64,000 nt of DNA from Glaucostegus cemiculus (GCA_976551045.1 CDPCPM010000418.1:3348001-3412000); one strand, 5' to 3'. Positions 1-11,960 are shown, counted from the first letter of the stretch. The notes: generated by a model from the sequence alone, not told the origin. Program-made: numbers and translations.

Positions 1-700
1 ATAAACACCTGATAATCAGATACTAACTTGGTTTCAACAAACATGCCAGAATTTAATATTCAGCTAGTCTTTCTACAAGCAACCTGAACCCCTTCATTAG
101 ATTTCAGCCTCAAACTTTTTCCTGTTATTCTTTATATAAACCAACAGGTTAGATGGTATCTTATGTCATTCCTAAAGTATCCATTAATCTCTATATATTC
201 CATGTGAAATTTTTGATTAGATTCCAGCCTTTATCTCACAGAAAGTTTCTTCTACTCCCTGTAAAAATACACATAAATTCCTTGATTAAATTCAAGGCTG
301 TAACTCTCTTTCAGCCATTTGTTGTTTGATGTGCATATGCACCATCTTAATTCCTCATTTAGAACTCATTCTTTGATTCTCTCTTAGGTTTCTGTTATTT
401 TAGATATAACCCACTATGAAAAACTAGATTTAACTTGTTCCTGAATATCCACCTGAAGCCTTGATTAGATTCCAGCATTTAAACCACACTTAAATATTTG
501 TTATTGTATGTATAAACCACTTGAACTTCCTGATTAGATTCCAACCTCTAACCAAAGTCTGGGTATGTTACTCAAAACAAAACATCTGAACACTCTTTTT
601 TAAATTGGATTCCAGCCTATAAATTGCTCCCCTTTTACTTATTCCAAATATAAACCACCCAAATCCCTCAATAGGATTTCAGTCTTTAGCTCACACATGT
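1..700. repeat. Degenerate ~69-bp tandem repeat (old satellite/minisatellite)
   Basis: Motif (G)ATTAGATTCCAGCCT or variants at ~97, 216, 284, 463, 532, 603, 670; adjacent spacings 67-71 bp; companion motif TGTTATT..TATAAACCAC between them. Confidence 0.75.
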
Positions 701-775
701 AGCCATTATTCTTATTAATTATGTTGGATGTATTTTTGTTCCTGTTTTTGGTCCAAAAATATACCAACCATCCTT

Positions 776-1089
776 TTTATTAAGTTTCACTGCCAAAACA
801 AAACATCAATGATTCTACCAATTTCCTTGTCTGAATGGACCGGAAATCTTTTGGAAGCTTCTTCTTTATCATGGTGTATCTAATTGCTTCAAATATTACA
901 GCTGTGTAATTGTGTCAAGCTCTTCCCAAAATGGACATTTTCTTTTCTATATTTTTTCCGCTGCTAGGAGTATTTGCTCTATAGCGGTCCTTGAAGTCAA
1001 TCATTCTCGACTAGTTTTTCTTGCTCTTTGATTTGTAAGCATCTTTCATCAGACTCCATGTCATCTGTTAGTAGCTTGATAAAAGCTTC
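776..1089 (-). other. Candidate terminal exon of minus-strand transcript
   Basis: Minus strand: pyrimidine tract with T7 then cactccAAG|; open phase-0 frame EAFIKLLTDDMESDERCLQIKEQEKLVEND* (stop 997-999); AATAAA at 781-776 followed by GT-rich sequence. Confidence 0.3.
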
Positions 1090-1934
1090 CTTGGAGTGAA
1101 AAAAAGGCAAAGTAATCCTCAGTCTGTTGCCATGACAGCAGACATCTTTTGCTTCCATTCAGCCAGTGGGTAAGGCCCTGCTGCTACTCCTGTGCTATGA
1201 ACCAAATCCTGCACGTTGATTAAATTAGTTTCCTCAGAAGTAAAAGTGTTAATTAAAGTATTAGTCTGGGCTGATTGATTCCTCAGAGTGAGGAGTTTCA
1301 GACCCCGTGTAATCTTTGACATGGTCACAAAACCCTGGCTTATTCGGCCTTTGTTATCAATTCAAATTAGTGCTAATAAATGTGTGAAAGTGGTTAAGTC
1401 AAGGCATGGTGGAACACAAATCCCTTTCCAAGGTCTTTGATATTTTTCTGCTAATATATTTTCCTAATTCCTTATCTTTCACTTCCTGGAGATCAAAATT
1501 TGTTGGAGGGCGGTTCTAGACAATTCATAAATGTGAAACACAGCTTCTCTTTCCAATTATATACTCCTCCAGGGTATCATCCCTGCCATTACCATGTTTA
1601 GCACAATCTCATAATTAAAAATGACTTTGCAACATCTTGTCAGTTGTAATCATTTTTTCTCCCTCTATCCTTCTCCTGAAGGCAACAACTCTTGGTTGGC
1701 ATATGATTCGTGGGCACCGGCCATCATCTGATATCTCCTACGCGTGTGAACCTTGGTGACACATTTCACCGCAGGCACCTCACAGTTAAGCCTCGATGAT
1801 AGGAAATAACTCAATGGCACACATTTTATTTTAACTTGTTTGCAAAATCTGGGATAGGTCATTTGTAAACCAAAATGCAATCCAACGTGAAGGTTTATGC
1901 ACCAATGACTAAAAATCCATGGTTATCTATAATA

Positions 1935-2362
1935 GGAAGAAGGACTTTGCATTTATGTCACATGTTGAACAGGCTTAGAACAAACAAAAGTTCTTCACAG
2001 CCAATGAAATACTTCAATCACTGCAGTATGAAGAAACATAGAATTTGTACGTAATGTACACATATAAATAATAAAGGAAGAAATGAAATGATGTTGGGTT
2101 GAAGAGACAAATATTGGTTAGGACAATGGGGAGCACTTACCTGCTCTTCTTTGAATAACACCACAATAGCTTTTATGTCCAAATGAGAGGGAAAACACAG
2201 TCTCATTTTAATAACTCAGCAGAGAGACAGCACCTTTAACAGTGCAGCTCTCCCTCAGAGTTACACTTCAACATCAGCTCAGGCTTTATTCTTAAATATC
2301 TGGATTGGAACTTTCAGCCAATTTAAGATGCAAGCAGACAACTCACTGAGTAATTGCTGACA
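1935..2362 (-). mobile_element. Deu-domain SINE (SacSINE1/AmnSINE1-like)
   Basis: Reverse complement follows Deu core (ctgagggagagctgcactgttaaaggtgctgtc; caaagaagagcagg; ccaatatttgtctcttcaacc) and tail (attggctgtgaag..ataaatgcaaagtc). Confidence 0.8.
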
Positions 2363-2469
2363 CTTAAACATAATGTTAAATCAAGGGTACTTTAGGAAAC
2401 ATGCAGAAGAGCACATTTTTAATGAAAATATCTCATAAACTCCTTGACTAAGTATTTTGTAGTCATACT

Positions 2470-2810
2470 GCAGGGAAACAGGCCCTTCACTCTTTTGGGA
2501 ACACGCAAACCATTCAACACCCGATTACACAAAACCTTACACTCATGCCATTTTACTCTCTACACATTCCCATCAACTGCCCCCAGATTCTGCCACTTAT
2601 CTACACATGAGGGGCAATTTACAGTGGTGAATTAATATACCAACCTGCACATCATTGGGAGATGGGAGGAAGCCACACTACATGGAGGAAATCCACGCAG
2701 TTACAGGGGGAATATGCAAACTCCACACAGACACCACTCGAGATCAGGATTGAACTCAGGCCACTGGAACAGTGAAGCTGTGGCTATATCAGCTGCACCA
2801 CTCTGCCACC
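2470..2810 (-). mobile_element. V-SINE (HE1-like) with tRNA-derived head
   Basis: Reverse complement: ggtggcagagtggtgcag..gagttcaatcctg (A/B-box-like), V-domain tgtgtggagtttgcatattc..gcgtggatttcctcc..cttcctccca, CR1/HER1-type tail gaagggcctgtttc. Confidence 0.85.
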
Positions 2811-3324
2811 TTAAACCTATTGACATAATTAACATGGCAAAAGTGCTATATTTTTAGTTCTTTCTTCTGAAAAATTTTCTCACAGAGGTTGTTAAATGTT
2901 TGTTTTGACTGCTAGATATTTCATAATTAAACACAACCTTTATTAAATCCTCTTTAGAGAACCACTCTGGTATAGGACACTGGACAATGTCAGAGCATCT
3001 GAGGTTAAATGAATAGTAATCGTGAAATTTGAAACACGTTGCTGAGTTTGCAGTTCTTTTAAAAATGTAAAGACTGACAGCAATAAGTTTTTGTAAGACA
3101 GAGGTTTTAAGGGTTAAGGAACCAAAGCACGTAGAAAAGGATTAAGACACAGATAAGCCATGAATTAGCTGAATTGCAGACTAGACTTAAGGGGCTGAAT
3201 AGCCCACTCCTGTTATTATATTCTTTCTGGCAAAATGTAGAGGAAGGAGAGAAAGTTTCTCCCCACACAAAAAAAAAGCATATTATAAAAAGCTCTTGAT
3301 TTCCATACCCTCCACAACAAAGCA

Positions 3325-3605
3325 CTACAAGGACCTAGGAGGAGTAGGCCAGCAGGACCCTTAAGTCTGCCCCACCTTTCAACAGGATCATGGCTGATCT
3401 GCCTCAGGCCTTAACTGCTTCACTCTGTCAGTTCTCTAGAGCCTTCAGTTTCCACCCTTTGTACCTACCTCCTATTTAAACACCTCTAGTGTTGTTCTAG
3501 CCTCCACAATCCTACATGGTAGAGAATTCCAGTCATTCACTACTCTGTGGGAGAAGGAATTCCTATGCATCACAGTTTTAAATGATCACCCCCTTACTTT
3601 GTGCC
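3325..3605 (-). mobile_element. CR1/HER1 LINE 3' fragment
   Basis: aggagtaggcca..gatcatggctgatct..gtagagaattcca..ttcactactct matches reverse of CR1 ORF2 end plus 3' UTR; an opposite-strand CR1 tail lies at ~3125-3220. Confidence 0.75.
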
Positions 3606-4724
3606 TTCCTGATCCACAATTTTTACTTGCCACCCAGACGTTCAGCATTATAAGGTTATGCAGCCATTGGAGTTCATAGAGGGGGTGGGCCATCTGCAAT
3701 CCAATTCAATCCAGAGGTCACTGGAAATGATTGAAGGGAAGGATGTTCACCCGCAGATAGCGTCCAATTGTGGCGCGATATCACTGACCCATCCATGTGC
3801 AAACCAAAACCCGAACTTGTGGCCCCCTACACCTCAATGACAATGGTGCATTCACCCAATGAACCTTTTTGTTGAGAAAATTTGTTTTTAATATGTGCCT
3901 CAAATTTGCAAAGCAAGTCAGTAATGTTCTGCTAGACTGTCAAATATTCTGATCTCTAGAGGGTGCATTGACAAAGGCTCTGAGGGAACTGAATAATCAG
4001 CTTGATTCACCTCACTGTACAGACTGAAACTATTGCCCAAGTATGCTTGAAAAATGCATGGAACATCATTAAGTATCAAGGACAAAGATAATTAGACGAT
4101 TCGTTCCATTGACACCGTTTTAACTCTGTTGCCAGCTGGAGAGCAAGGATTCCCCCTGCTGGCTTCCCCAAAGAATGAGCCCAAATCATTAAACTAGCCA
4201 TTTATTGATACGACTGACAGCAGCTCTCAAAAAATTTCCATGGAAACCATGGTAACAGGCTGCTACGCAGGCCCATTCTAATCAGGGAGCTGATCTGCTA
4301 AGTGAAAGCTTAACAGACTTTTGAAAGGAAAGCAGAGTGATTTTCTTGGTATTTAAGCTAACTGTCTTCATCCTAGGATCTATAATGTTCAGGTGGGCAA
4401 GTATGCTTTCAGCAGCTGTGGGTGATGTCTTAAAACTGTGGAATTAAAGTTGATAGTTAGTGAACCTGACAATTCCACTCTTTGAACTGCTGACCCAGAT
4501 AATCAGTGTTTAATATATTTCATCCAATTTCATTTTTAAAAGCCATTTTTAACATGATTCTTGTCAAAGTTTACAGTGTGTAAGGCACATTGTTAATCAG
4601 CCTGAGTCCAATGTTCTCAAAAACCAGGTGGCTGAAGAGAATGGATTTTTGTTAAGGGGGCAAAGAAAAACGACATTTGTCTTTGATCTCTCAAATGTGC
4701 TCTTAGTTCAAACATGTTAGCTGC

Positions 4725-4850
4725 AAATTGCTACCCTCCTGAATTGGCCTGGAGTATTCTGACATTAAAGATAAATCTTTAGGACAACTGCTCTGAGCAA
4801 AATCCAGCAGAAAAATCAAATTGCTGTTTAAAAGAAAAATTGCATGTTCC
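4725..4850 (+). mobile_element. Non-autonomous DNA transposon (MITE-like) fragment
   Basis: ccctcctgaattggcctggagtattctgacattaaagataaatct shared with copies at 7.5-7.8, 14.6 and 59.8 kb. Confidence 0.5.
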
Positions 4851-4921
4851 TTTCAATTTCTTTGAGAACTCTTACTTAATTATTGTAAAATATTGGTGAC
4901 TGGCTGTGTGAGTTTTGTTTT

Positions 4922-5250
4922 GTTCATAAGATATGGATGTCACTGGCAAAATCACCATTTATTCTGCATTCCCAAATGCAGTTAAGAGTCAACTACATTC
5001 ATGGTCTGGTGTCACACAGAGGCTAAGGGAAGGACAGGAGATTTCCACTCCTGATAGACGTTAGTGAATCAATGTGTTTTTAAAATTATCAAGTGGCTTC
5101 ATACTCACTGTTTACCGAGCTTGCCTTTATTTTACCCTTAAGAAGTTAACCTAACCAGCTGCCTTGTTGGGACTTGAATTCATGTCTCTGGCTCAATGCT
5201 CCAGAACCATGCTTATCAACCAAGTAACTTAACCACCACACCACCTTACC
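4922..5250 (-). mobile_element. tRNA-headed SINE with CR1-type tail
   Basis: Reverse head ggtaaggtggtgtggtggttaagttact..catgaattcaagtcccaacaaggcagctgg; tail aataaatggtgattttgccagtgacatccatatc. Confidence 0.7.
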
Positions 5251-5274
5251 ATGCACTAGGTAGCTTTGGAGTTA

Positions 5275-5625
5275 TGATAGTATAATAATTAAACTAATAG
5301 ACTGTATAGAGAGAGACCAACACAACTGATCTGGAACCATGCTCGAATCCCACCAGCCAGGGAATTAAATTTCAAGGAATGAAATAAATCTGGAATTTAA
5401 AAGATAATATCAGTACTGGTGATTATGAAACTCCAGCACTGTCATAAAAGAACAATCTGGTTCACTAGTGCACTTCAGGAAAGGCAGTCCACATTCCTTA
5501 ACCAGGAATGTGGACTGCTGTTGTTATGACTCTTAGCTGAAATGGCTCAGAAAGCCATGAAGTGCTTTGGATAGGCAATAAATGCTGGTCTAGCTTGCAA
5601 TGCCTAAATCCTGTGAACAAGTACA
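5275..5625 (+). mobile_element. Same SINE family, opposite orientation
   Basis: ctcgaatcccacca..aataaatctggaatt..ctggttcactagtg..ggcaataaatgctggtctagc..atcctgtgaac. Confidence 0.7.
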
Positions 5626-6419
5626 TACATTCCAAATCTAAGAACCATCCATTCAGGTAATAAACAGAATGTTGACTTTTCACTGAGAGTGGGACAGCTG
5701 AAGCTTTGATATGACAGATGTGTTGGGTGACCAGTGGCAAAAGTGTGGATTGTGGGCATCTGGAAAAGAAAGATCATCCCAACCAAACTAACAGCCTGAG
5801 TTAGAATAGGACATCTAAGTACTGCTTATGCCAGCTCAGCTCAGAGATCAGCACAGAACCTGGCAATGTTATCATCTCTGTGTGGTAGGCTTCTTTTATA
5901 GAAATTAGAGAGCAAAGGAGTTTGACCGTCTGTATAAACAAAAGATAAAGTACTTGATTTTTATTGAGAAATCAAAGCTGGTAGTACAGTGCAGATGCCA
6001 AGGTTGAAAAGTGAAAGAGAGAAAATAATTTTAATCGTAAGTCACAATTAGATAATACCAAGCCCATGTTTTATATCATGGGATTTATACTTCGAATTAT
6101 ATAGCTCCTGTCACCACTCAAGACATTACTTAAAAGCCAATGAAGTAATACAGAAAATGTAGTCATTATGAAGGAAACCAAACAGCCAAGTTACACAAAA
6201 CGAACTCCCAGAATCAACTGACATTCTTTACTCTATTATCTTCTCAGAAGAAAAACCTACATTTCCTCCATTGTTAAAGCCAGCAATAGTTCCTTGTTTA
6301 TACAATACTCATCACTTCTTACTCAACAGACTTCTATACAATGCACCCAAGGATGGAAATACTATTTCTTCATCAGGGAAACTTATCCCAGAACTCCTTC
6401 ACTGTTATTACCCATGACT

Positions 6420-6832
6420 TAGGGATAACTCTCTCACCTCTAAGTCTGAAGGCAATGGGTTTGAGTCCCACACCAAAGACAATTCAGGATGACACTCTAA
6501 AAGCAAAACTGAGAATGCTCCTTTGTTGAAAGTTCCTTCTTTCAGATGAGACATTAAATGGTCACAGACAGATATAAAGGATCCCATGAACTATCTGGTA
6601 AAGAGAAGTAACAGAGTAATCTATTGGTGTCAATACTTTACCCACAGTCAACATCACTCAAATAGATATTAAAATTTGTGAAGGCTTGCAAAATTGTGAA
6701 GGCTTGCTGTGCAAAATTGGATACCATGTTTCCAATATTAAAACAATATCAACATTTTAAAACGAAATTCATTGACTGTACAGAATTCTTGGATATCCTG
6801 TGGATGCTACAAAAATACAAGTAGTTACTTCT
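6420..6832 (+). mobile_element. Deu-domain SINE
   Basis: Head ctcacctctaagtctgaagg..gggtttgagtccca, core ctttcagatgagacattaaa..ggatcccatg, tail cttgctgtgcaaaattgg..ttcattgactgta; internal ~18-bp duplication at ~6671-6708. Confidence 0.8.
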
Positions 6833-7255
6833 TTAAAGGGATATGTTTGTCACAGACTCCTTCAACAAAGCAACAGGATGCCTAATTTGCAAAATGGAAA
6901 ATCTCACCAATTTATTTCTATCAAATTGGTGTAGCCTTCATTGAAGCAGAAAATCTTGCAATTCTGAAGGGGCTGAGAGTGGCTGTGCTAGCCCTTACAA
7001 TGTGTGACTCAAATAGAGCATTCCTCTGCTTGTTTCCTTAGCTCTGAAGGTTTTTCCTTTTTCAGTTTAATATGCAAATCCCCTTTGAAAGTTGGTCCTG
7101 AATCTGTTCCTACTGCCATTTTAGGCAGAAAACTGCAGATCACAATAGTTCTCTTTTTTTTAACCTGAAGCCTAAAGGATGGAAACTACACATCAATATT
7201 ACTGCTCAGGGGAAGCAAAATCACCAAAAAATAAAGAAAAATACAGGTGACTCAC

Positions 7256-7361
7256 AATGCCAATCATCCTGCTGGAGAAGATTCCTCTATCATCTTTCCT
7301 GTATTCTTGCCACATTCTTTTCATCAGGATTTTCTGAGAAAACTCCATTTCGTTGTGCATT
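7256..7361 (-). other. Candidate internal exon (106 nt)
   Basis: Acceptor ttctttttcttttcttgtgtTAG| and donor ATT|GTGAGT; only one frame open: MHNEMEFSQKILMKRMWQEYRKDDRGIFSSRMIGI. Confidence 0.45.
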
Positions 7362-7482
7362 CTAACACAAGAAAAGAAAAAGAATCAACACATTGACATC
7401 ACTGAGATTAAACTAATGAGAAGTATAATGATCAGGTGCATTCCAACCACTATGTCCACCAGCTGAGTGGCGTGTGCAGCTC

Positions 7483-7815
7483 AGGGTTGTCACATTTGTA
7501 TGGGGTATTCTGAGAGTTTTGGTCACCTCCTGCCTCCAGCCACCCCACCCCTCTGTTTCCAACACTGGGTGATTAACCTAAACATTGCCACAAGGACTCA
7601 ACTTGATGATTTGTGACTGTCAGTCAAACTGCCCTTTCTCCCATCCATGTCTACTGGTTTTATACATAGTAAACAAAAACGTGCAAAGATTTTTTAGTAA
7701 TTACAATATTATTTAATGTGCAACTAATTTTACTCCCAGGTATTTATGCACAAAATTAGAGATTAATCCTTAATCTGTGGAGATTCTAGGACAATCCCAG
7801 AGTACTGTAGCCTCA
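7483..7815 (-). mobile_element. MITE-like element, family shared with 4.7/14.6/59.8 kb
   Basis: Begins agggttgtcac; ends with reverse of family motif (agattaatccttaatctgtggagattctaggacaatcc). Confidence 0.5.
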
Positions 7816-9741
7816 AAAAATTCTCAAAGGCATTTTGAAAATAACAAGAAGCCACTTTGAAACTGGACATTTTACTGAATTAATAGCTCCTCTATGTTTT
7901 TTCCATGCTCGAATCAGACATTAACAATCCTGATTCAACATTAGGGCTTGATTTTGCCCCAGTAGTCTTTGGGCAATGAAACTTCTGATAGAACTAGCAA
8001 ACTGGATTGGGAAACTAGCTGAGAGGTGTGCTCTCTGACCCTGGGGCAGCAGAGGCCAATAATGGCAGCCTTTACCATTATTTCAGATGAGCTCAACAAA
8101 CCCAGCATTAATCTTGTATTCATCATACATTTTATTGGCCAAGTTGAACAGTCAGTGCCCCTGTTATTTGAGTGTACGGGAACTGCTGCTGTACCAAATA
8201 GCACTGGCAACTCTGCATGGCTGTAGTCCTTGAGACCTCTTATTTGCTATATCCCCGTTCCCACCCCCAGGAATACTGTTTCCCCACAGCCATTAGAAGC
8301 TGATTGTTACCTACTTAAGGACTTGGACAATTAGTGAAATGGTTATTTCTCCTTCTCCAATATTGTCAGAACTCACAATAGTCCTGAGTTTATTCCTCAA
8401 CACCTTGTAATTCCAAGGCCATCATACAGATTCGGAGTGGATTCTGATTATTAGAACAATTAAAAGACTAGGTATATTAACCTGTGGATCTAATATAGAG
8501 CTTATCCGGAGAGAAAATCATGGGAATACCAATCATAGTCCTCAAAATGCTACATAACCAGAGCAAGGATTTTGTACAATGACGCTCCTATATACATAAG
8601 TCCCCCATTGCATAGAGAAATATGGTCAATTATTCATATTTTCTTGGCTGTCAAGAATCAGAAAGACCTCAACTATACTTAAAAATGATTTTCCTTAGGA
8701 AATGAAACACAAAGCCAGTTGCCTCAGCAACTTTCAACTCACCAAGCCTCCAACCACAAGGCCAAACATCAAGTGCTTTTGGGAGCTTTGAGCAGTTGCC
8801 TCTTGCCACCTAAATCCAAGTTTCTTTGGAATTGAATAAAGGGCTCGCGGTGCGAGTCGAAGAGTTTATTACCCACTGTCAACATCACAGTAATCCCTCT
8901 GGGATATCAAAAATCTCTCATTGGCCAGCAGACATTTAAGTGTTTCCTCTTGCTAAATACCAATGTTCCACCAGTTAGCAAAATATATACAGATGTATAA
9001 AAACTTGCTTTCAATTTCTGTAGGCACACATAAATATTAAACTCTCCCCAGCCATTCGACCACAGTGTATTTGCACAGAATTGGTTTGCTAGGCTTTATT
9101 TAAATATTTTAGGAGTAACTAGTATGTTCTAGACACAGTTCCCTGAAGGGAAGGATGATGGTGGTATGAAAAGTGTCATGATGGATCCAGAGAACTTCTT
9201 CAGAATTCTTCTCTCACCCTTGCATGTCCTTTTTTGTCCTTTATCCCCCCTCTCTCTCCCCCTCTCTCTCTCTCTCTCTTTCTCCCTCCCTCCATCCTCT
9301 GTAACTTCAACATTTTGTTGATGATGGACTGGATTATTTCCCACATCTGATAGAATGAAAATTCCTCACATTTCTGTGGTCATATAAAATCCAGTTCAGA
9401 CATCGGAGGATTTTCTTCAATCCATGGTAAGATGAGGTGAAGAGGTCTAATTGCGTTAACCTTCACTTTTCTATTTCATACAAGTAGCCAAAGAACCAAG
9501 TGAAGACGACAAGATAATTTTAAAGCAGTAAGATGGTCTGATCTGGAATATAACATCCAAAAGATTTAAAGCAGATTCCGTTGGACATTCAGAGCAATAG
9601 GGAAAGAACCATGGGAATGCATGGAACTATTTGGACAGAAGATCCAGAGAAATATTGTGGGCCAGGTGGCTTCTTGCACTGTATTACTCTATGGTTCTAT
9701 AGAGCTGAAGTTACCCTGGATGGTAAAGTAAAGTAAACAGT

Positions 9742-9917
9742 AAAAACAAGCTGCTGGAAGAACTCAGTGGGTCAGGCAAATCTGTGGAGGGAAATGGACA
9801 GTTGATGTTTTGGGTTGAAACCCTTCATCTGGACTGCAGATGCTGCCTGACCTGCTGAGTTCCTCCAGCAGCTCATTTTTGCTCCAGATCCCAGGATTTG
9901 CAGTCTCTTGTGTATCC
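9742..9917. mobile_element. Penelope-derived palindromic terminal repeat with decayed hammerhead core
   Basis: Inverted arms gctgctggaagaactcagtgggtcaggca (9750-9778) / tgcctgacctgctgagttcctccagcagc (9844-9872); minus strand 9836-9799 reads CAGTC CAGATGA AGGG..CCC AAAA CATC AACTG. Confidence 0.75.
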
Positions 9918-10469
9918 ATATAACCAAGCAGTGTAGTTCAAGAATATCCCTTGACTAATACCCAGCCGATGCTGAATTAGCTGACTTCAATTGGGATTGT
10001 TACAACTGTGCTTTCAAATCTTTGCATTAGGGAAGAGAGAAATAAAATTCAGCCAGGATTCCTGCTCCTGATGTCTATCAAGTGGAACGTGTGAGTGTGC
10101 AAAGAGGTGGGTGAGAGATGTGATTCAGGTCTGGATTTAATGAATGTCCTGGAAAGAGGAGAAAACAGATGGAAAAGATGGAGAAAGGTCAAAATAAACT
10201 AAACTCAGGTGCTAAATCTGTCATCACTGTGCCATACTAACTCACATTAATATGCAATTCTATCCCTGTATGGAATTTAATGTTTGTATGATTAAGAGAA
10301 AAAACAATTTCCCACCCTTCCCTCAACCTCCAAGCCTTGATAGTTAAATTCACCAAGTGATTACTGTCTTTAGCCTTGAGAAACTCAGCTTTGATTATTG
10401 TTCAGTTAAAAGTTGGTTGATTGGAATGGAGGTAATTTGCAGGAATTCAAAATTGAGTTTGTTTGCCAT

Positions 10470-10690
10470 TGTGCCCTGAACCACTATTTATCCCACAATC
10501 AATACCAGAGAATAATTTACCTGGGATTTGTTGAATTGTGCTTGTGGGAGCTTGCTGTACACAACTTGGTTGCATTGAATTCTGACATTACAACAGTGAC
10601 TACTTTTCAAAAAATACTTAATTGGCTATAAAGTGCACTGGAACATACTGAGGGCATGAAGAGCATGACAAAATTAAAAGCTTTTTCACA
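10470..10690 (+). mobile_element. Deu-domain SINE 3' half
   Basis: ttgtgggagcttgctgtacacaacttgg..acattacaacagtgactact..aattggctataaagtgc. Confidence 0.8.
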
Positions 10691-11716
10691 ACTGCAGACA
10701 AAAGAATGTCAACCTTAGGATAACAGCATGCTCAACACTAATGCCATTAAAGAAGGCCATTTAGCAATCATTCTTGTTATAACCCTCAGCAATTTTTTCA
10801 ATATTTCCCACTTTGATTTTGGAAATTACTATTGAAACTGCTTTCACTGCCTTTTAAAACAAGGCATTTTGATTATAACATCTTGCACAGAAGAGTTCTC
10901 CTCATCTGCCCTCTTGGATTTTTTTCCCAATGACCTTAAGCTCACTTGATACAATTTCAAACAAATGCAGTTTATAACTATTCCTGATTTAATCAAACCA
11001 TCTTTTCGAGGCATCAGTGTTGAGCATTGAGGAATCATTGAGCTATTCATGACCTGTAGGGGCTTTATTTTTCTGGCCCATTTCTCTTGTGTTTACTGGG
11101 ATAATTGCGCACAGATGGAACAGTCTGATGTATTATGCACGAGGCTCAGAAAGTGAAAACACAAGTCTTAGCCACAGGGAGACTCAGCAGGGTGGGATGG
11201 AGGCACTGGAATTTTGTTATGAATCCAACTATCCTTCAAGGATGAACTATACTTCTAATTAAAGAAATAGGACAAGGCAGCCTGCTTGATTCAATCATGG
11301 AGGCTTGAAACTCCAGTAAGCAGTCTGGACTGGCCTTTAGGCTGTGCAGGGTGGGAGATCAGGTGAAGCTGGGTTTCAAGTAGACAGCCTTTTGTTCATC
11401 ACAGAGGTTGCACCCCCTACAGGGACTGTCATGAATGACAACTACTGTGACTCTCAAATAAATGATGTTCTGCTCTTTTCTCAACAGCAACTTTATCTAA
11501 AATTAGATTTTACTTATTTTTCATATGCTAAAACATTAGCAATAATGCCAAATCAGGATCCCTGTGAAAAAGCAAAATCTGGGTGACAGACATTTGAAAC
11601 TCCTGAAGCAAGCACTAGAACGAGACCTTCACAGTTTCTGAAGGGACCCCATTCATATATCTCCTGAAACTTGTTGTCACAGTATTCAGAGAGCAGCGAC
11701 ACACATTTTAGCTGCC

Positions 11717-11960
11717 ATGGAGGAGATGGAGTTTGCAAGAGAAAGGTAAACATATCCCACATTCACTGAAACGGACATGCACGTCCTGGTCAATAAGATA
11801 TGTGGTTGGAAAAAGGTCCAGTGCGGGTTTTGTCAGGGTGGGCAGTGGATATGTCAAACTCACCACGAGTGCTGGCTACAATAATCTTCTCCATGTGTGA
11901 GCATTGCCAGATAACAGAGCAATATTGAAAGAAATTTCATATCCCTTAAGATGTGCCACG
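11717..11960 (+). pseudogene. Harbinger Myb/SANT-like DNA-binding ORF remnant
   Basis: gccATGG start; MEEMEFARER*TYPTFTETDMHVLV..W..EQY*KKF resembles R.R.P.F...L.VLV..W..QC.KKF.DL; ends at a GTAAT donor-like site; stops and frameshift. Confidence 0.6.

Noticed and set aside
2740-2810. tRNA-like A/B boxes
   Set aside because: They are the SINE head, not a tRNA gene; no cloverleaf
3638-3660. VQHYKV resembles the GRB2 SH2 motif VQHFKV
   Set aside because: Following residues do not continue an SH2 domain
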